Source: a virus
Lineage: Duplodnaviria > Caudoviricetes
Reading direction: 5' to 3' (one strand)
Length of the DNA stretch: 44,526 nucleotides
Virus record (IMG/VR): IMGVR_UViG_3300017747_003050
Location: 1-44,526 of that record
Shown here: positions 42,494-44,526 of the stretch, piece after piece
Layout of the letters: the number at the start of each line of letters is the position of its first letter
How positions within the stretch are numbered: the first letter of the stretch is position 1
The notes under the pieces: generated by a model
Database searches by the model: none
Told to the model about the DNA's origin: nothing
The model's input: the letters and a program-made list of their open reading frames with translations, nothing else
Translations under genes and position numbers: made by a program

Positions 42494-42789
42494 TGTCCAA
42501 TCTCCCGATCACGAGCCGCATCACGCAGATCATCCGCATCCGGCCCGTCGTCCTCGTCGGGGTTCTCCATGATGTCGGTGATCCAGGTGTCTTCCTCAGC
42601 GTCGGTCATGAAAACCGGGTCGCCATTCTCGCGGCCAACGCTGTGAAGCTCGACCTCGCCGCCCTCTGCGGGGTAGCAATCCTCGGGACGGCCATAGAGC
42701 TTCGCCGGCACGTAGGGCGCTTGGCGATACGTCACCACAACGCAGCTTTCGTCATCGCGGTAGAATTTGCGGGTGCGGAGGCGGCTCAT
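42490..42789 (-). CDS. Hypothetical acidic early protein
   Basis: 99 aa; PAKLYGRPEDCYPAEGGEVE motif seen in phage early proteins. Confidence 0.75.
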   Translation of the reverse strand: MSRLRTRKFYRDDESCVVVTYRQAPYVPAKLYGRPEDCYPAEGGEVELHSVGRENGDPVFMTDAEEDTWITDIMENPDEDDGPDADDLRDAARDREIGQ

Positions 42790-43097
42790 GCTGCCACCTC
42801 AGAACCGAAGTCCGGCTCACGGCAGAGCTTGGCGATGACAGCAGCCAACTCGGCTTGGCATTTCGCCGCCGCCTGCTTCAGCTCCTCCAGCTTCTCCTCA
42901 CGGGCCTTCATCGCCTGCGCACGCTCAGCGGCGTAGTCGAGACGGCTGGTGAGGTTGCGGATGTCTTCGATGTGCTGGCTGGCGAGGTACACAAACCGCG
43001 CTGACGGATCGTAGTCGCGAATGGTGGTGAACTTGTCCGGCTTGTTGGTGGTGAAGATTTCGCCGCCGTAGCCGTAGTCGGTGAAGATGGAGGTCAT
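42786..43097 (-). CDS. First gene of the leftward early operon, hypothetical
   Basis: 103 aa, RBS GGGAGA. Confidence 0.75.
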   Translation of the reverse strand: MTSIFTDYGYGGEIFTTNKPDKFTTIRDYDPSARFVYLASQHIEDIRNLTSRLDYAAERAQAMKAREEKLEELKQAAAKCQAELAAVIAKLCREPDFGSEVAA

Positions 43098-43124
43098 CGG
43101 TGTCTCCCTGCCCGTGTGGGCTGA

Positions 43125-43184
43125 TGGGGAGAGTTAGCCACAGGCGAACATGGCAGTCAACGACAAAGATAGCGGTCAGCTAAC
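43125..43184 (-). promoter_or_regulatory. PL-like promoter with two 17-bp operators
   Basis: Minus strand TTGACT-N16-GCTAACTCT; operators GTTAGC-N5-GCGAAC (43133-43149) and GATAGC-N5-GCTAAC (43168-43184). Confidence 0.7.
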
Positions 43185-43226
43185 ATTTATTGCCAACGAA
43201 GTGTTACCGGGTTAGCTGCGGGCCGG

Positions 43227-43547
43227 TTACGTCCCTGTTTTTGCCGAATCTTCTGCGAACGCGGCCAGCACGCGAAGCGCATCATTGCGCTTAGTAGCTG
43301 GCACCTTGTCCCAGACCGACCAAATCGGATCGGGGGATGTCGGATCGCGCATGATAAGGTCAGCTGGTTCGCACATCAAGGCCTCTGCCAAGGCTTCCAG
43401 CGTTTCCTGGCTATAGCCCTTTTTCCCGCGCTCCATCTCGGAAATGAAGGGCTTTGACAGGTTCACCCTGTCCGCCAGACGCTGTTGCGTCAGTCCCCTA
43501 TGCTGGCGCCATTGCTTCAGGAAGAACGGGTGGGGCTGTTTGCGCAT
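43227..43547 (-). CDS. CI-like XRE repressor (106 aa, no S24 peptidase domain)
   Basis: LKQWRQHRGLTQQRLADRVNLSKPFISEMERGKK HTH; divergent from cro; likely start MRKQ at 43547. Confidence 0.88.
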   Translation of the reverse strand: MRKQPHPFFLKQWRQHRGLTQQRLADRVNLSKPFISEMERGKKGYSQETLEALAEALMCEPADLIMRDPTSPDPIWSVWDKVPATKRNDALRVLAAFAEDSAKTGT

Positions 43548-43555
43548 GGCCCCAT

Positions 43556-43641
43556 TTTCGCTCCCAGCGAAAAGCATGTCGTCAGCCTGAACGCTAACTT
43601 TATGCTTGACTTGCGTGTTAGCTTCAGGCGAACATGGCGTC
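43556..43641. promoter_or_regulatory. OR/PR switch region with three operators
   Basis: TTTCGC-N5-GCGAAA (43556-43572), GTCAGC-N6-GCTAAC (43581-43598), GTTAGC-N5-GCGAAC (43617-43633); -35 TTGACT at 43606. Confidence 0.7.
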
Positions 43642-43836
43642 ATGAAGTTAGCAGATGCACGCCGTAAAGCCAATATGACCTTGCAAGAGGTGTCCGACAT
43701 TGTCGGCGCTTCGCCGGGCCATCTGTCGGAGATCGAGCGCGGGATCAAAGGCCCGTCGCTAGAGCTGGCTGTGAAGATCACCCAGCTATTCCCCACGGTT
43801 CAGCTTGCCACCCTCGTTCGCTCGGCGGTGGCCTGA
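43642..43836 (+). CDS. Cro-like XRE HTH protein
   Basis: MKLADARRKANMTLQEVSDIVGASPGHLSEIERG; 64 aa; divergent from CI. Confidence 0.88.
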   Translation: MKLADARRKANMTLQEVSDIVGASPGHLSEIERGIKGPSLELAVKITQLFPTVQLATLVRSAVA

Positions 43837-43838
43837 TG

Positions 43839-44117
43839 TCAGCCCCGCTTCAGCGCCACGACATTGCTGGGAGCCTTCCGGCGCCGCCCTTTGGGCAGGC
43901 TCTTGATGTGCTGCTCGGCGTTGTGCCGCTGGATCTGTTCAATCGTCCGCTGTTGCATTTCGAACGACCGAACGAACGCCTCGACCGTAATAACGACCGT
44001 GTCGAGAACGCCGACCTCTCCGGTGGAGGTCAACCCGTACAGCACCGTGATCACCCGATCCAGCGCCGGGTCGAACCTCTGCTCGGCCCGGCTGACGATT
44101 TTTGCGCTCTCGGCCAT
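43839..44117 (-). CDS. Hypothetical protein convergent with cro
   Basis: ATG 44117 with RBS GGGGGA; 92 aa with basic tail ending NVVALKRG; stop lies 2 nt from the cro stop. Confidence 0.6.
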   Translation of the reverse strand: MAESAKIVSRAEQRFDPALDRVITVLYGLTSTGEVGVLDTVVITVEAFVRSFEMQQRTIEQIQRHNAEQHIKSLPKGRRRKAPSNVVALKRG

Positions 44118-44244
44118 TCGTTCCCCCAACTCGATCACGCCTCTGTGTACGGTTTCGCACAAAGGACTAGCCGAAAGTCAGGGTCAAGGCTCACTGAGCG
44201 TAATCCTCGTTATTTCCACCGCATCCTGACTCGGCCTAACGGCC

Positions 44245-44435
44245 ACCCCCCGCAGCGCACCCCCATCCCCCACGCACTGCTGCGGCGGGAATTTCATTCA
44301 GTTTCGCGCGCCCCAACCCGCGCGAACAGCAGCGGGGCGTCCCAATCCCCCCCGGACCCCAGCGCCCCGCTGCTGACCCTTCTCCGAACGTGACCTGAAA
44401 CAAAACGAACCCGGCGCTGTGAACGCCGGGCTCGC
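44245..44435 (+). ncRNA. Tandem hairpin array with C-rich loops (candidate sRNA or structured leader)
   Basis: Stems CCGCAGC/GCTGCGG, TTCGCGCG/CGCGCGAA, CAGCAGCGGGGCG/CGCCCCGCTGCTG, CCCGGCG/CGCCGGG; the first three loops are C-rich. Confidence 0.5.
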
Positions 44436-44477
44436 CAAACGTGCCAGCCAATCATTCCGAATGGAACTCGGATCACA

Positions 44478-44526
44478 TGACCAGCCCCGCTAGCAACGCA
44501 CGAAATGACGGCGAGTTCGTGACGCC
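44478..44526 (+). CDS. Possible 5' fragment of the next rightward early gene (truncated by the window)
   Basis: ATG ACC AGC CCC... open to the window end, at the CII position; too short to identify. Confidence 0.3.

Larger units (their letters stand above)
1..44526. mobile_element. Temperate P22-like (podovirus-type) phage genome, partial (replication module not in window), unintegrated form
   Basis: Terminase, portal, capsid, ejection, tailspike and lysis genes on +; integrase, recombination genes and CI on -; contiguous attP with arm sites on both sides; no tape-measure or sheath gene; no host housekeeping genes. Confidence 0.95.

Noticed and set aside
43836-44393. 185-aa + strand ORF after cro as a CII-like gene
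   Set aside because: Composition looks like the antisense of 43839..44117 and it runs through the hairpin array; no HTH. The TGATG coupling to cro means it is not fully excluded
44386-44400. Alphaproteobacterial LexA box (GAAC-N7-GAAA; also GTTT-N7-GTTC at 2076-2090)
   Set aside because: Each has a mismatch to GAAC-N7-GAAC or GTTC-N7-GTTC, and such matches are expected by chance
1-44526. CRISPR array, diversity-generating retroelement, retron or IS element
   Set aside because: No regularly spaced repeats, reverse transcriptase, TR/VR pair or transposase motifs were seen

Overview
The window is most of the genome of a temperate, P22-like (podovirus-type) tailed phage. The host is probably an alphaproteobacterium, inferred from the high GC, the promoter style and the tRNA-Glu-like att core. 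The attP site is intact, so this is the excised or circular form; the replication module lies outside the window. The + strand late region runs: NusG-family antiterminator with a structured leader, terminase small and large subunits, portal, a five-gene Gly/Thr-rich virion cassette, GroES-like protein, scaffold, capsid proteins, adaptor, GNAT, three ejection proteins, gp10/gp26-like tail hub and needle, beta-helix tailspike, and lysis genes (lysozyme with C-terminal TM hairpin, overlapped spanins). The - strand early region carries a tyrosine integrase with attP inside its 3' end, Xis, an orphan MTase, an HNH-like protein, a YqaJ exonuclease and an ERF recombinase, followed by a CI/Cro switch with 17-bp operators. 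The most unusual element is a lid-less phage Hsp70/DnaK-like ATPase, translationally coupled between a membrane protein with a peptidoglycan-binding coiled coil and an atypical endolysin. That membrane protein appears to share a module with the largest ejection protein. Also noted: two unannotated antisense small membrane proteins behind the ejection genes, a probable ATA start codon, and a tandem array of hairpins with C-rich loops downstream of cro. All family assignments are from motif recognition by eye; no searches were run.
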